A stretch of DNA of 64,000 bases from a virus: positions 1 to 64,000 of IMG/VR virus record IMGVR_UViG_3300030099_006944; one strand, written 5' to 3'. The position numbers and the translations under genes are program-made. Shown here in pieces: positions 55,201 to 64,000 of this stretch (positions are counted from its first letter, which is position 1; each line of letters begins with the position of its first letter). Below the pieces are notes generated by a model. The model had not been told where the DNA came from and did no database searches. It saw nothing but the letters and a program-made list of their open reading frames with translations.

Positions 55201-57077
55201 CTTTTTTAGAACAATCCGTTGAAGCATATCAAAGAATGATAGATATGGACAAAATAACACCTCCGGATTATTTAGCACAACATTTAGAAAATATACAAAA
55301 GTGTCGCGACAACTACATTTATCCTACTAGAAAATTAAGATTAGAGTTTTTTAATAACCCACCACACAGATTGTTTAATCTACCCGGTAGGGAACTGACA
55401 GTGGATGATCTGGGAAATACAAACTTTATGAATTGGGCCATAGCTTATCGTTTGTATGAAGAAAGAATGTTCTCATCCAGTTCAGAAATAGATATGAACT
55501 TTAAGTATTTGGTAAGGCTCAAAAAAATAAGATTCTTTTCTAAAATATTGGCTATCCGAACCGTAGAGGAATCAGCCAAGGCTATCTTAGCAGAACTAAT
55601 TCGATCGGAACTAAGAACAGTAGTTAAGAAATTTGACCAAAAGACAATGTTTTCTCCAAAGATTGAAGATTTAAAAAGATATTTTTTGGGAATGGATAAG
55701 ATATTCAACAACACTAGTTTGAGAATAGGTCTTAAATCATATTACAACGATAAAGCAAATAGTGATTTTGTTGATACTGGTGATGTTGATAATGTAAACT
55801 CAGACGTTTCCACTTTTAAATACGACCATGGAGATCAAGATTTCTTGTTGGTTCTAGAAAAATATATAAAACTAGAAGACAAGGCAATGGATGATCTTCC
55901 TATTCCGTCCGGAGAACTAACAGAGGAAGAACAAACGCTCATAATGAGAGAATTCACTGAAAGGGATCCCAACTTGAAGGGAGTAATCTCTATGGACCAA
56001 GTACCAGATGTGATGGCTACTATTCAAGCAGAGTATGCACAAGGAAAACATTTATCTGATTTTTTTGGAAACCTTAAATTTACTTACAAGGTCAACATAA
56101 AGGATGTGTTTGATAATTTACTTAACATCTCCACATCCAGAGGCAACATGGCACTGATAAATAAGTTGGTAGCGATAAATCCAGAAGAGGCAACCAAAAT
56201 AAGGACAGCATTCCAATCATATGGATTAAATCAAGATTATGAGTTTTTTGAAGTTTTCGTATCCGAAGAGTTTTATGATGTATCTAATTTGGAGCCTTCT
56301 GGTGTAACAGGCACCACCGGCGTTTCTTATGGATTACGTGCATGCATAACTCCAAACCCAGAATCTGATTTGTACGAAATGCTTAACACTCGATTACTAG
56401 AATTAATCGACGCCGCCAGAGAAGCAGCCGACGATGCAGAAGAGGAATTTAATCTGAATGATTTTATTAACAATAGTGTCTCAAATACCAATAAGGCTTT
56501 TATATTTAACGTTGGAGACGAGGATAATCCGGAGTTTCAATATTTGATCCCAATAATATCTAAGGAACTAGAAGTTAAAGATTCCCTATTGAGCACTTTC
56601 GATCCATATTCTGGTCCGGACTCGTATGATATGGAGTGCATGGTAGATCTTATGGTTTCAGACGCACAATATTCCATATTGTTTGATAAGATTTTCCCAT
56701 TAAAAGTTATCTCTTCAATGACATCAGTGTTTTGTTGTTATGGCTTCCCTTACTCTTTGGGGCAATATGAAGGTGAGAGAGAAGAAGACTATGACGAAGA
56801 TGCAGATTGGGATCGAACGTTTTATAAGAAAAGTAGAAATTTTTTAAGAAGAGAGTTTCAGGGGCATTATTTATCTAGATATTTAGAAAATGAAGTCGAC
56901 GATAGGACAGATGATGAGCGACGAGATAGATTTAAGTTAAGAAATCCGTTTGCTGATATACATTTTAGTACTAATTGGCTCAAAGGACTCAATTGGTTTC
57001 AAAGGAGAAGACTGGTCTCGGCGCCCTATGATGCAAACGGAAACGAATGTGCTGATCCTGTAAAAGATTTGTTTTAA
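49290..57077 (+). CDS. 2595-aa putative tail/baseplate protein
   Basis: Uninterrupted ORF between hub-like and gp25-like genes; Gly/Ala TM-like segment near the N-terminus. Confidence 0.7.
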   Translation: MDKKFSDFQENSCDERQTITFKKKVNPCPPCTPNPDYFLEKNWFEMEEPWLDQSTCRYNIRIRKSDLERDLSQRGDFNGTPTDQQKIRFGIRALLAHHNRLIADETVCGIGGCMTSIDDIKEFRESIREYQTALGQYEATESTQELSVAGAAGAGLLAAFGVGGGWAVFGTAALAGILIDSLHAARMMTARNENFSESELEDLGLFLRSYLGTDLSYRLDKLSALYPQIHPFALEWHAKLEAQHMTEAGLVYYKISVPALDFHRIPENPITDTTEETATNAIQLNDIIIDGPDFIEDMIKLKFALQAYEFYYTAFQHVEKIQIVQQEDITKRLSYNAAIMTLGSFKNTLNRVLRKNGYQSLNSLADFFTGKPFANKIKFRFNIEDDRPFNLAKNENGQFEVYVLGGDCPDFVLLEGTQELNNPRYIEAYGFLSRIDDIMSDLTAENTRPWLEFTLEYFYPKYVVDYGLNSGEADEEQQNALLCFLEKQLGFGDGAFINSLSQSILSAFDIMRDDFVKKSCKKEDEVSEHTWWFKKSEEQKEEEERRKDAERRAEMISRLEEREYKKLINEEIRKIEQTQEWLATPEAASGQRPTESTVESFTGVSLGVYRERANIAANKAYDDPQSWADNKPWVHDANMAAMETIEKDLLLINEVKKYFDPAPSKDDLLDLVISIGICGNSKLVDKAIKCLTSGLTIEDILEIMVEKLFSSMNLRFVPRFLNGLPLQIRDDLNDILLQEFGVEDIVQLLMAKVESGNLTVGDVMGGDNNKVKQIYDKFLNTPAPDIEEWDQVSFASELVGVSRAEWHSDLTTLLINVDRDTETGVIVVLPKEDPGYKEQRKQLKILKRKIRRLLTKSEMRFIEGAKNRYNNVKDSINEGIQNFKTTQEEREQMRQLVKEMTWHFGSDSNGDFVYLKSGPSEEWTNKEYYNSPSYVQPMAEVRILEDNGGWVYEQDIDSSITFIEVPSGNLLNTTLTADDPRVQPIIAKFGMHPGPPPLPERTREFYEEQNKMIEKQGSFLNIMVSTSDFLITAGEAEADPVLINQRLSRTTVGIKIDKLISHILLTTYEFIETELGIDEFLKRIKDHPVTGFIWDIGEKIIQDCPTQPLFHPPVKDFLRSYSVDYLCDTTESPTFPKCVVPSINPRYVIKESFLKAFQEALEKILTDLLTKLFLKVLNMLEGALCKALGIAGSLVVDALQGNLGNNSWLNALDQAFCGTGDEDKTRDLANNLLGISGDPSQINPELKDQASLVVDIMGRVGTTEQFLGNLINAAEDQDTRFNTVLAEAITYVSPNFAQLLGDPAQVAAFFENVGSYLPLQEKQSIQDLLDAGLPSMPVSDSICLTNEQLADWNESRIRNLINNGFSPAEAENQINQLNSSALNALGDLMDLARQLQSPGGLAAGELGRLTDASQNPSNPAPRSVPADPADPGGLDSVLGPPREEDPSCADRPINPFANYMAPETIEIMNSVQDMQYELIEDLLVDDTLDKKGVLGQALADTNGLNFRKHSRRTKWRYLYPDYANTEDEFDEKKDSKDPLLKLLMGNSAMAVFPETVSKHLKDRLTTHLEDINLSNIYTRDSSPEVEEFNAPGLSPNIEWLPKTNDLPLGNMQMIYEEGDLKESTYYRFQLNNVFRGKSFRHLDYKIGIWDEFSVKKDETTGQVQVYSKDYEMKFNEDELEWYLKNDIYIPNETENLDVSLDYREYAFTEYFKKRQSNAFLNNTLLTEDVLTETYELISNQVFKGVVEEILTDPDDENGGDPLGFVFGYQSDVLPEDAFEYEVSPDANETKTLGSYPNSNGRVVPLSPDTYPGLGISYLNPPFTILPIQHTGWVDIASAILPGAEGCDPKTPSVLKLDDIRERVKTLSKDLPLDPRLSKDADCVDEIPFNIIMDKTAKAALDGTVRTTIRLYATEYFLRAMGPLSNLQFNSENYDHHLSDYILEEMKRTMLESGSRSGARRIRIKRQNYWYTFLEQSVEAYQRMIDMDKITPPDYLAQHLENIQKCRDNYIYPTRKLRLEFFNNPPHRLFNLPGRELTVDDLGNTNFMNWAIAYRLYEERMFSSSSEIDMNFKYLVRLKKIRFFSKILAIRTVEESAKAILAELIRSELRTVVKKFDQKTMFSPKIEDLKRYFLGMDKIFNNTSLRIGLKSYYNDKANSDFVDTGDVDNVNSDVSTFKYDHGDQDFLLVLEKYIKLEDKAMDDLPIPSGELTEEEQTLIMREFTERDPNLKGVISMDQVPDVMATIQAEYAQGKHLSDFFGNLKFTYKVNIKDVFDNLLNISTSRGNMALINKLVAINPEEATKIRTAFQSYGLNQDYEFFEVFVSEEFYDVSNLEPSGVTGTTGVSYGLRACITPNPESDLYEMLNTRLLELIDAAREAADDAEEEFNLNDFINNSVSNTNKAFIFNVGDEDNPEFQYLIPIISKELEVKDSLLSTFDPYSGPDSYDMECMVDLMVSDAQYSILFDKIFPLKVISSMTSVFCCYGFPYSLGQYEGEREEDYDEDADWDRTFYKKSRNFLRREFQGHYLSRYLENEVDDRTDDERRDRFKLRNPFADIHFSTNWLKGLNWFQRRRLVSAPYDANGNECADPVKDLF

Positions 57078-57081
57078 GTGT

Positions 57082-57088
57082 CTATTTA
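57082..57088 (+). promoter_or_regulatory. Candidate late promoter motif CTATTTA
   Basis: In a 29-nt gap before the gp25-like gene. Confidence 0.45.
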
Positions 57089-57106
57089 GGTTGATAGGAG
57101 ATTGTA

Positions 57107-57502
57107 ATGCCGTTATATGGACCCAAATGGCCTTTAAAATCAGGCAAAGAAGATACATACGAATTGAACACGAACCTCAGAGATCAGGTTAATTATAATT
57201 TGAAATGTATACTTTTAACATCCCCGGGAGAGAATATAAGCAGTCCCGGTTACGGCGTTGGACTGCGGTTTTATTTGTTTGAATCAAACAATGTATATAC
57301 GAGAAACCAAATTGTAAAAAGAATAAGAAATCAAGTATCAACATACGTTCCAGACATTAATCTGATTGATGTCGTGATAGAATCAGATGCCGCAGATATT
57401 GATCAAAATAGTTTATCGATAAAGATATATTATCGCTTAAATGATGAAAAGGTGGAGTTTGAGTTGACCATGGCAAATACCACCCAGACAGGATACAGTT
57501 AA
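57107..57502 (+). CDS. Baseplate wedge protein, gp25-like
   Basis: NLKCILLTSPGE..PGYGVGL..YLFE..YVPDI. Confidence 0.85.
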   Translation: MPLYGPKWPLKSGKEDTYELNTNLRDQVNYNLKCILLTSPGENISSPGYGVGLRFYLFESNNVYTRNQIVKRIRNQVSTYVPDINLIDVVIESDAADIDQNSLSIKIYYRLNDEKVEFELTMANTTQTGYS

Positions 57503-57504
57503 AT

Positions 57505-59301
57505 ATGAAAAACAAAAAACGAGCAATTAATTACACAAATAGAAGCTTTAATACTATCAAAAGAGATTTGGAGAATATGGCAAAAGTCCACTATCCAGAT
57601 ACTTATAAGGACTTTTCCGAGAACTCGTTTGGGTCTTTTATACTAGATGCTGTTTCTTATGTGGGAGACCAACTCTCATTTTATTTAGATTATCAAGTTA
57701 ACGAAACTTTCTTGGAAACCGCTATTGAATACGATAACATCAAGAGGATGGCCGAAAACTATGGCTACACTTATGCTCCTCGCCCGGCTGCATTTGGTAT
57801 GGCTGTGTTTTATGTACTAGTACCAGCGTCATCTACTGGTCTTGGTCCTGACCCTAGGTATATACCTGTTTTAAGAACAGGAACCGAAGTTCAGTCCCAA
57901 ACGAACATAAATTTTGTTCTCACTGAGGATGTTGATTTCAATCACCCCAAAAACTCTGTTGTTGCCGCTCGATTTAGCGCCTCCTCTGGTAAACCTACTC
58001 AGTATGCCATTCGAGCATTCGGTCAAATAAAATCGTCTCTAAGATACAGAACAACAGTTCCAGTAGGAGACTTCACTAAATTTCGAAGAGTACGCGTCGG
58101 CCCGGGTTCTATTATTGATGTTGTATCTGTTTTTGATTCGGAAGGTCATGAATATTTCAAAGTCGAGAACCTGACACAAGACATCATACACGAAGAGACC
58201 GTTAATCCAAATGTAAAATCTGATGGTGTTCGTTCTATTTTGAAACCAAAAGCAGTCAAAAGAAGATTTGTCGTCGTACAAGATTCATCAGGGACTTATT
58301 TACAGTTTGGTTCTGGTTCTGATGAGGAAGTGACAACAGTAGATCATTTAGACCCATCACAGGTTGCTCTACAAATGTCCGGAAGAGACTATATATCTGA
58401 CGATCAATTTGATCCAACAAAACTTTTATATAGTGATTCTTTGGGGATATGCCCATCTAACACAACGCTGACTGTTATATATGAGAAAAATGCAGCAGAT
58501 TCAATAAATCTATCCTCTAATTCAATCACTAGAATGGCCAATAGGATTTTGACATTCCCAAACAGAACCGCGACCAGCGACATTACAGTGGAAAATGCAG
58601 TAACCAATTCGTTGGAAGTATCTAACGAGAAACCCATCGTTGGAAACACCAGTATCCCAACAGCAGAAGAAGTAAAGATACGATCGTACAGTGCTTTTGC
58701 TTCTCAATCTAGAATAGTTACTAAGAATGATTATGAAACGTATTGTTATCACATGCCGGCAAAATTTGGATCCGTTAAGAGAGCCAATGTTGTGTCAGAC
58801 CCTTCTTTTACCGATAAAGTGATAGACATATATGTCATAAGTACAGATGGTGCCAACAACCTAGTGACGACGAATGACACCATAAAGGTTAATTTAAAAA
58901 CTTGGCTTAACAGAAATTGTTCTATTAATGATAGAATTAATATAAAAAACGCAATCATATGTAATATAGGCTTTGAATACGTTATAACCGTTGATCCAAA
59001 GCGTAACAAGACTTCTGTGATCAATGCTGTTAATAGCAAACTTAGAGAGCACTTGGCTGATAAGTTTTATATTGGAGAATCTTTTTATATATCGAATCTG
59101 TATTATACTATCAATAAAGTATCCGGAGTTGTTGATGTCAAAGATGTTACAATGAAACTACCTAGTAGCAATTCGTTGACACAACCAAATGTCACAATAG
59201 ACCAAATGATGTCCAAAGACGGCACTAGACTGGACCCTCCAAAGAACGTCATATTTGAACTTAAAGAATTTAACAATGTTGTTACAGGAATTGCCCTATG
59301 A
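57505..59301 (+). CDS. Baseplate wedge protein, gp6/baseplate-J-like
   Basis: NYTNRSFNTIK..DF..S..LDAVSYVGDQLSFYLD..E.FL.TA; RIVTKNDY. Confidence 0.85.
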   Translation: MKNKKRAINYTNRSFNTIKRDLENMAKVHYPDTYKDFSENSFGSFILDAVSYVGDQLSFYLDYQVNETFLETAIEYDNIKRMAENYGYTYAPRPAAFGMAVFYVLVPASSTGLGPDPRYIPVLRTGTEVQSQTNINFVLTEDVDFNHPKNSVVAARFSASSGKPTQYAIRAFGQIKSSLRYRTTVPVGDFTKFRRVRVGPGSIIDVVSVFDSEGHEYFKVENLTQDIIHEETVNPNVKSDGVRSILKPKAVKRRFVVVQDSSGTYLQFGSGSDEEVTTVDHLDPSQVALQMSGRDYISDDQFDPTKLLYSDSLGICPSNTTLTVIYEKNAADSINLSSNSITRMANRILTFPNRTATSDITVENAVTNSLEVSNEKPIVGNTSIPTAEEVKIRSYSAFASQSRIVTKNDYETYCYHMPAKFGSVKRANVVSDPSFTDKVIDIYVISTDGANNLVTTNDTIKVNLKTWLNRNCSINDRINIKNAIICNIGFEYVITVDPKRNKTSVINAVNSKLREHLADKFYIGESFYISNLYYTINKVSGVVDVKDVTMKLPSSNSLTQPNVTIDQMMSKDGTRLDPPKNVIFELKEFNNVVTGIAL

Positions 59302-61247
59302 TAAAAAGATATTTTGCCACAAAAGATAACACAATAACAAACGCTTTTAAAGAGGATCTAACAACCAGAGGTACTGGTTCGAACATGGGAGCCTCAGATG
59401 TCGTAGAGGTGTTTTCTATATATGGCCAAGCAGCTTCTGGCTCTGCTGAACTTTCCAGAGTGCTACTACAATTTGATATGTCTCATTTATCAACAGACCG
59501 TTCAGCGACAACCATACCGGGCAGTGGATCTGTTTCTTGGTTTCTTAAAATGTATGATGCTCCGCACTCCAAAACAGTTCCGCGAGATTATACATTGGTT
59601 GTTTCACAAGTATCATCGTCTTGGCAAGAAGGTTATGGTTTGGATATGGAGAACTATGAGGACATAACACGAGACAACATTGGATCAAGTTGGGTTAATG
59701 CGAACAATAGTTTTGCTAGCGCGAGTGCCACAATCACAGCGTTAAGTAAGACTGCCGGACAAGCAAACACGCGAGTTTTATCTGTTGCAGATTCAGCAGG
59801 AAACTCTGTTAGTTTCGCGATCGATAATAGTCTCTCTACCTCGACTGCCACCAAAATAGCCTTTGCGAACGCAAACAGTAACGCAAATCAGTTCGCAACC
59901 AATATAGCGGCAGCAGTAAATGCTGCCATGGCGGCATCGACTTTAAATGTCTCCGCTAGTTCATCCGACGCCACTGTGACCCTGACTCAAACTGCGAAAG
60001 GTATTGCTGGTAATTCTGCTGCGACCATCGTCGGTACTGCCGTCAGTGATAGTGTTTTGACTGTTGCAAGCCAATTTAGTGGTGGCGACGGTGAGTGGGC
60101 TACTCCCGGCGGTGATTTTAGAAGCACTGGTATGAAAGAACAGTCTTTCACAACAGGATTAGAAGACCTAGATTTAGATGTCACACATATCGTAGAGAAT
60201 TGGTTAGATGGAGGGGCTGCTGGTACCACTAATTACGGTTTTGGTATCTATCTGACAAGTTCTTTGGAAGCATATCATTCAAACTCTTCCGGAACAACAA
60301 GCGGCTCAGTCTTGCATAATGTCTCAGGTTCAACAAAATCATATTATACAAAAAGGTTTTTTGGTCGAGAAAGCGAGTTTTTCTTCAAAAGACCAGTGTT
60401 GGAAGCAAGATGGGATGATTCCCGTCGCGATGATCGCGGAAACTTTTATTTCTCTTCATCTCTGGCACCTGCAGGTGATAACTTAAACACAATATATTTA
60501 TACAACTATGTTCGTGGTAGACTAAGAGATATTCCATCCATTGGCACTAATCCAATCCATGTCAGTTTATTTTCAGGATCTTCCGATAATACCTCTCCTT
60601 CCGGAAGCGCTTTGGCACTTTCACTAGATATTGGAGGCAACGTTGGGTCAAACAACGTATATGTTGTTACTGGTAGTCGCGTTGCAACGGGTATATATGC
60701 TGCTACGTTTGCTATGACAGGCTCTTCTTCTTTATCCAAGGTATTCGATGTATGGTTTAGCGGAAGCACATCGATTCAGACCGCTGCTGGTGCTGCTATA
60801 CAGTTTTCTACGGGCTCTATATCCCCTAATTCTTTTAATGGAATGGGCGCCACGGAAAGTCAAAATTATGTATTGTCTATGCCAAATCTTAGAAATCAAT
60901 ATAGATACGGCGAGACTCCGAAAATGAGGTTGTATGTTAGAGAAAAGAATTGGTCTCCCAACATTTACACTGTTGCTAACCAAACATCTATACCGAGTTT
61001 GCTTATCGAGAGCGCTTCGTATCAAATAAAAAGAGCGATTGATGATGAAATAGTTGTTCCATACGGAACAGGATCTTTGTATCATACCGGATTATCGTAT
61101 GATGTGACAGGAAATTACTTTAAATTGGACACTAGGATGTTTGAACAAGGATATCAGTATGAAATTTATTATGCTTTCTATAATGAAGATACGGCTAATT
61201 ATGTAGAACAACCTTATAAGTTTAAATTTAGAGTGAGCGAAGAATGA
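59298..61247 (+). CDS. Putative baseplate/tail structural protein
   Basis: Follows the gp6-like gene; Ala/Ser/Thr-rich inserted domain; many (S/T)GS motifs. Confidence 0.7.
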   Translation: MIKRYFATKDNTITNAFKEDLTTRGTGSNMGASDVVEVFSIYGQAASGSAELSRVLLQFDMSHLSTDRSATTIPGSGSVSWFLKMYDAPHSKTVPRDYTLVVSQVSSSWQEGYGLDMENYEDITRDNIGSSWVNANNSFASASATITALSKTAGQANTRVLSVADSAGNSVSFAIDNSLSTSTATKIAFANANSNANQFATNIAAAVNAAMAASTLNVSASSSDATVTLTQTAKGIAGNSAATIVGTAVSDSVLTVASQFSGGDGEWATPGGDFRSTGMKEQSFTTGLEDLDLDVTHIVENWLDGGAAGTTNYGFGIYLTSSLEAYHSNSSGTTSGSVLHNVSGSTKSYYTKRFFGRESEFFFKRPVLEARWDDSRRDDRGNFYFSSSLAPAGDNLNTIYLYNYVRGRLRDIPSIGTNPIHVSLFSGSSDNTSPSGSALALSLDIGGNVGSNNVYVVTGSRVATGIYAATFAMTGSSSLSKVFDVWFSGSTSIQTAAGAAIQFSTGSISPNSFNGMGATESQNYVLSMPNLRNQYRYGETPKMRLYVREKNWSPNIYTVANQTSIPSLLIESASYQIKRAIDDEIVVPYGTGSLYHTGLSYDVTGNYFKLDTRMFEQGYQYEIYYAFYNEDTANYVEQPYKFKFRVSEE

Positions 61248-64000
61248 GTATAAAGGATCTATTCAGTAATTATCACAACAAACAGCATACTAAACCAGAG
61301 ACAGTAGCCTCATCATCTGTGCTGTTGGAATCTCCGGAATATATTGCCGCGAAACAAGAAGAGTTTGATCGGTTTATACCGGATATTGACTTCTCCTCTG
61401 CTAGTAATTTTGCAAAATTCGGCTCTGCTGAATTATATTATGATACTGCTTTTAAGAGGATTTATCAAGAATACCCTTATGATGGTACACTAGCTGAAAA
61501 GCAGGAATTTGAAAATCAATCAAGTTATCTAGATCGTTACGTATTTGATAATCTCTACCCTAGGACCAACGGCTATGTTGTGTTTTCTAACCAAGGAACC
61601 GCAAAAGCTGATGCCAATCCTGCCGGAGGAAACTATACAAATCCAACTGTAAAAGAGTATATCTTGATTCATGGTGGTCCTCACACGGCTTCTGCTGGTA
61701 TGATCGGGTCGACCCTTCACTCTAAGTTTGAAGATTCAGGTATATATGATGTATCTAGTCGACGTGGGTCTAGTTTAGAAGTGACAATGGCTTCCGGAAG
61801 CACCATAGAATTTTGGATGAAGAAGCCTACCGCTATGGATATCCAAAGGGAAGATATTTTTGACCTTCATAACGGCGAGGCCTCAGGAAGTGCATATGGA
61901 AGAATGAAATTGTATGTAACAAGTTCAGATCAATCTTTATATATGACTTTGATTTCCGGTTCAGATGGATTCCAAGATGTAAGATTAATGACTGGAATGT
62001 TTGACGGAAACTGGAATCATCATGCGGTCACATTGATTACCTCCTCTGTCGGTACACAAGTAAAAGTATATAAAAATAATAAGCTTATAAATTCTTTTGT
62101 CTCCGGAGGAGTATCTGATATAGCACCAGTCAATAAAGGATTGATAGCCACCATCGGTGCAGCCTCACGTGATGATCATGTCGGCCATGGAGACATCGGC
62201 TTTAATAAACTATCAGCATCATTAGATGAGTTTAGGTTCTGGAAGACCGAACGATCTCACAAAGAAATTGACAATTGCTGGTTCAGGCCAATAGGCGGCG
62301 GCTCGAACGAGCATGATTCAAATGTTGATTTGGGAGTATACTATAAATTTAACGAAGGAACAACGTCCAACTCAGTTTACGACGCTACTGTGCTGGACTA
62401 TTCTGGCCGTATGGCTGATGGAATGTGGGTTGGATATGCCTCTGGTGCACGTAGTAGTGGCTCCGCCATGGTCGAATCAGGAGTCACAGTTAGAGAATTC
62501 CAAGATCCAATAATATATTCTTCACACCCAGAAGTGTCTTCTTCCATTGCTCGATATAAAACTTCCGGAAGTTTATCGGATATTGAGAATCCATCTATGT
62601 TTTATCGTCTTTTTCCTTCTTGGATGCAAGAAGAGGACACAGAGCAATCCGGACAATTAAAGACTTTGTCTCATATGATTGGTAGCTACTTTGACACGAT
62701 ATGGCACCAAACTAATGAAATAAATAAAATAAAGCACCATCGATACCTTAGTGGATCCAACAAGGCGTATCCCTTTGCTAGTAATATTCTTTATTCACGT
62801 GGTTTTGTTTTTCCGGAACTTTTTTCTAGTGCAAAAAATGTAGAACTCTTTTTAAACAGAGACAACAATGAAATATATGAAAAGAACATTGAGGAAGTAA
62901 AGAATTCCTTGTATCACAATATAAACCTAGGTCTTGTCTCTATGTACAAGTCCAAAGGGACAATGAAATCGTTCAGAAACTTTTTCAGATCGTTGGGGTT
63001 AAATAAAGAAATTGTTACCCTAAACATGTATGCCGATGAATCTACGCACATATTAAAGGACAATTATTATAACGACACGGTTACAAAGAAATATTTAAAT
63101 TTCTATTCTGAGAATAACATGTCCGCGACAGTATATGGGATGTCTAGTTCCACTAACAGCAATACTTATGTCGCTGCTCCCCAAAACTATTCTTCTATAA
63201 CATTGGAGACGAATCTTTTATTGCCAAAGAAGCGACACCCAAGTGATATCAATTTTTTGGAAACAAACTTTTTAACTTCATCAATAGCCGGGTTTCATAC
63301 CGCTGATACAAATTTAATCTCTTTTCCGGAAACGGATTACGAGATGGGTATATACATATACAAAGAAAAACAAGACAGTTTGTTATTTGAAAAGGAAAAG
63401 CCAAGAATAAAATTTGCTTTGAGTTCTTCCGCCTTGCCTTTTGTATTAACCAGTTCTTATATCGGGGCTCAGTATGACAACAACAAATGGAATCTGGCAG
63501 TCAAAGTAAAACACGACAGTTACCCTTATGGTAATTTTGTTACCGGAGCCACAGGTACCGGTTACACTGTGGAATTTTACGGTGTTGAAGCAGAGGGAAG
63601 AACAAAGCGCAATTCCTTTTCTCTGACTGGATCTGTCACCGGCCATAACTTAGTAGCCTCTGCGAAAAGGTTTTACGTTGGGGCACATCGACAAAACTTC
63701 ACAGGCTCTGTGTTGTGTCAAACAGATATCAAGATAGGGTCTTTACTACACTGGAACAGTTATATTCCAGATCATGTTATCGATGAACACTGCTATGATC
63801 AAGAAAATTATGGATTGAATGATAGCTACACCACAGATGTGATAAGCAACACTGGCATAAAAATACCAAGATCTGATACGTTGGCTTTGCATTGGTCTTT
63901 TGATACCATAACCGGCTCGAACGCAGCAGGTAATATGAGGGTCTATGACTACTCTTCCGGAAGTTCTGATGCAAAGTATGGAGATGTATCTAATGTAATA
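61244..64000 (+). CDS. LamG/concanavalin-domain baseplate or tail protein, 3'-truncated (absent from ORF track)
   Basis: ATG 61244 overlaps the previous TGA; in-frame spot checks TIEFWMK, LDEFRFW and NKWNLAV up to the window end. Confidence 0.8.
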   Translation, partial: MSIKDLFSNYHNKQHTKPETVASSSVLLESPEYIAAKQEEFDRFIPDIDFSSASNFAKFGSAELYYDTAFKRIYQEYPYDGTLAEKQEFENQSSYLDRYVFDNLYPRTNGYVVFSNQGTAKADANPAGGNYTNPTVKEYILIHGGPHTASAGMIGSTLHSKFEDSGIYDVSSRRGSSLEVTMASGSTIEFWMKKPTAMDIQREDIFDLHNGEASGSAYGRMKLYVTSSDQSLYMTLISGSDGFQDVRLMTGMFDGNWNHHAVTLITSSVGTQVKVYKNNKLINSFVSGGVSDIAPVNKGLIATIGAASRDDHVGHGDIGFNKLSASLDEFRFWKTERSHKEIDNCWFRPIGGGSNEHDSNVDLGVYYKFNEGTTSNSVYDATVLDYSGRMADGMWVGYASGARSSGSAMVESGVTVREFQDPIIYSSHPEVSSSIARYKTSGSLSDIENPSMFYRLFPSWMQEEDTEQSGQLKTLSHMIGSYFDTIWHQTNEINKIKHHRYLSGSNKAYPFASNILYSRGFVFPELFSSAKNVELFLNRDNNEIYEKNIEEVKNSLYHNINLGLVSMYKSKGTMKSFRNFFRSLGLNKEIVTLNMYADESTHILKDNYYNDTVTKKYLNFYSENNMSATVYGMSSSTNSNTYVAAPQNYSSITLETNLLLPKKRHPSDINFLETNFLTSSIAGFHTADTNLISFPETDYEMGIYIYKEKQDSLLFEKEKPRIKFALSSSALPFVLTSSYIGAQYDNNKWNLAVKVKHDSYPYGNFVTGATGTGYTVEFYGVEAEGRTKRNSFSLTGSVTGHNLVASAKRFYVGAHRQNFTGSVLCQTDIKIGSLLHWNSYIPDHVIDEHCYDQENYGLNDSYTTDVISNTGIKIPRSDTLALHWSFDTITGSNAAGNMRVYDYSSGSSDAKYGDVSNVI

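Noticed and set aside
49290-57077. Intein within the giant ORF
   Set aside because: No splice-junction or LAGLIDADG motifs recognised
53-63974. All minus-strand ORFs in the track
   Set aside because: They shadow well-supported + strand genes and show no recognisable motifs
1-64000. tRNA or rRNA genes; stop-codon reassignment
   Set aside because: GGTTCGA hits (~9433, ~59376) lie inside ORFs with no cloverleaf; long genes are intact in the standard code

Overview
The window looks like 64 kb of a large lytic tailed phage (jumbo myovirus-like, T4-style baseplate). Every credible gene is on the + strand in the standard code. I saw no tRNA, rRNA, CRISPR array or integrase. Four zones: (1) 1-8.3 kb is a GC-richer early-type region with a MoxR-like AAA ATPase plus HEXXH/VWA partner, many small SH3-like 'VGDLV' ORFs, and repeated TTGACA-N16/17-TACATT promoters, five preceded by a GGACA-N5-TGTCC palindrome. 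By manual scan it almost lacks CCGG and GGCC. (2) 8.4-33.8 kb holds about a dozen proteins sharing short basic tags ending in (I/L)xE, like capsid-targeting/prohead-protease signals, including a protein kinase, a HAD-Nudix fusion and a HEXXH peptidase. Interspersed are host-like envelope genes (Ig-Ig-VWA lipoprotein, matrixin, a myxobacterial CglF/GltF homolog, fatty-acid hydroxylase), plus PMM, HNH, cytidylyltransferase, PIN-PhoH and a Cas4-like nuclease. (3) 33.8-45 kb is a glycan locus (GT4 x2, GT-B/GT2, two NodZ/FUT8-like transferases, split transketolase, SDR, methyltransferase, cupin, gmd). (4) 46-64 kb has a gp55-like sigma factor and baseplate genes (M15 peptidase hub, 2595-aa protein, gp25-like, gp6-like, LamG protein). 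CglF suggests a Myxococcota-type host (inference). All family calls come from motifs recognised by eye; no database search was run.
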